This document shows positions 16,194 to 17,029 of a DNA stretch of 17,029 nt, in pieces (position 1 is the first letter of the stretch; each line of letters begins with the position of its first letter). Location of the stretch: assembly GCA_964615185.1 (NCBI GenBank), contig CAZTOS010000015.1, positions 19,342 to 36,370 of the forward strand. Reading direction: 5' to 3'. The notes under the pieces are model-generated. The model ran no database searches. It saw nothing but the letters and a program-made list of their open reading frames with translations, and had not been told where the DNA came from. The DNA comes from an uncultured Thermococci archaeon. GTDB taxonomy: Archaea; Methanobacteriota_B; Thermococci; Thermococcales; Thermococcaceae. Made by a program: the position numbers and the translations under genes.

Positions 16194-16973
16194 ATGGACT
16201 TCGAGCGAAAAGTTCTCATTGGAATGGTTCACCTCAAACCATTACCTGGCTCATACCTTTACGATGGAAACTTTGATGAAGTAGTAGAACATGCAATTGA
16301 TGAAGCTAAAAAGCTTGAAAAAGCTGGTTTTGATGCGATAATGGTGGAAAACTTTAGGGACATACCTTTTCCAAAAACCGTTGAGAAAATAACAGTTTCA
16401 GCTATGAGTGTCATTTCAAAAGCAATTCGCGAGGAAGTTTCTCTCCCCTTGGGCATAAACGTCTTGAGGAATGATGGAATTGCTGCTTACTCAATAGCCT
16501 ACGCTGTGAAAGCGGACTTCATAAGGGTGAATGTCTTGAGCGGGGTTGCATACACTGACCAGGGGATAATAGAGGGCATAGCCTATGAGCTGGCAAAGCT
16601 GAGGAAGCTCTTGCCGAGCAAAATAAAGGTTTTTGCAGATGTGCATGTTAAACATGCGTATCACTTCGGAGAATTTGAAGATGCATTAAGGGATACTATT
16701 GAGAGGGGCTTGGCTGACGCTGTAATTATCAGTGGAAAGGCAACTGGAATGGAAGTTGATGTTGAGGAACTTAAAAAAGCAAAGGAGATTTCACCAGTTC
16801 CAGTTATTGTAGGCTCAGGGACAACCTACGACAACCTTCCAAAGCTGTGGAAATATGCTGATGGCTTCATAGTGGGGACATGGATTAAGAAAGAGGGGAA
16901 AACAAAGAATGATATTGACCTGAGAAGAGCCAAGAAATTAGTGGAGCTTGCGAATGAGCTAAGGAACTGGTAA
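16194..16973 (+). CDS. BtpA/SgcQ-family TIM-barrel protein
   Basis: Has IGMVHLKPLPGS, GFDAIMVENF.D.PF, LGINVLRND, FIRVN, FADVHVKH, ADAVIISG.ATG and ADGFIVGT. The SD GGTGAT is at 16185-16190. Confidence 0.9.
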   Translation: MDFERKVLIGMVHLKPLPGSYLYDGNFDEVVEHAIDEAKKLEKAGFDAIMVENFRDIPFPKTVEKITVSAMSVISKAIREEVSLPLGINVLRNDGIAAYSIAYAVKADFIRVNVLSGVAYTDQGIIEGIAYELAKLRKLLPSKIKVFADVHVKHAYHFGEFEDALRDTIERGLADAVIISGKATGMEVDVEELKKAKEISPVPVIVGSGTTYDNLPKLWKYADGFIVGTWIKKEGKTKNDIDLRRAKKLVELANELRNW

Positions 16974-17029
16974 TCCAGGTTTGGAGCAAAATCAGGGGTG
17001 AAGTTTTTAAGTCAGAAGGAGAATGTTAA

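Noticed and set aside
1521..16456. Short alternative-frame or antisense ORFs in the track (e.g. 1521-1790, 2473-2763, 2771-3190, 3622-3918, 4321-4854, 4885-5193, 5704-5946, 5870-6133, 8866-9222, 9476-9865, 10401-10688, 14585-15348, 16259-16456)
   Set aside because: They lie within or opposite well-supported genes and lack recognisable motifs, so they are treated as shadow ORFs.

Overview
This AT-rich archaeal window has Thermococcales hallmarks: a CGP-CTERM surface protein, a DUF257-like gene, GGTGA-type ribosome-binding sites and BRE/TATA promoters. The left part (1-10.9 kb) is largely housekeeping. It holds a PAPS-reductase-family gene, a membrane-anchored S16 (Lon-type) protease, a USP/ArsB-NhaD-type permease/USP operon, a double-wHTH regulator with a small membrane protein, a TldD/PmbA(TldE) pair, DUF257, a small membrane protein and a bPH-SHOCT protein. 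A BtpA/SgcQ gene closes the window. The most interesting part is about 10.96-16.15 kb, which contains two tandem units with the same layout. Each has an identical 16-nt BRE/TATA promoter, then a conserved ~43-nt leader hairpin with an identical 11-nt U-rich loop and a compensatory base-pair change, then a different envelope gene, then a paralogous membrane-anchored protein. This is a candidate undescribed cis-regulatory RNA/DNA element controlling cell-surface modules. All family calls come from motif recognition by eye, with no database searches.
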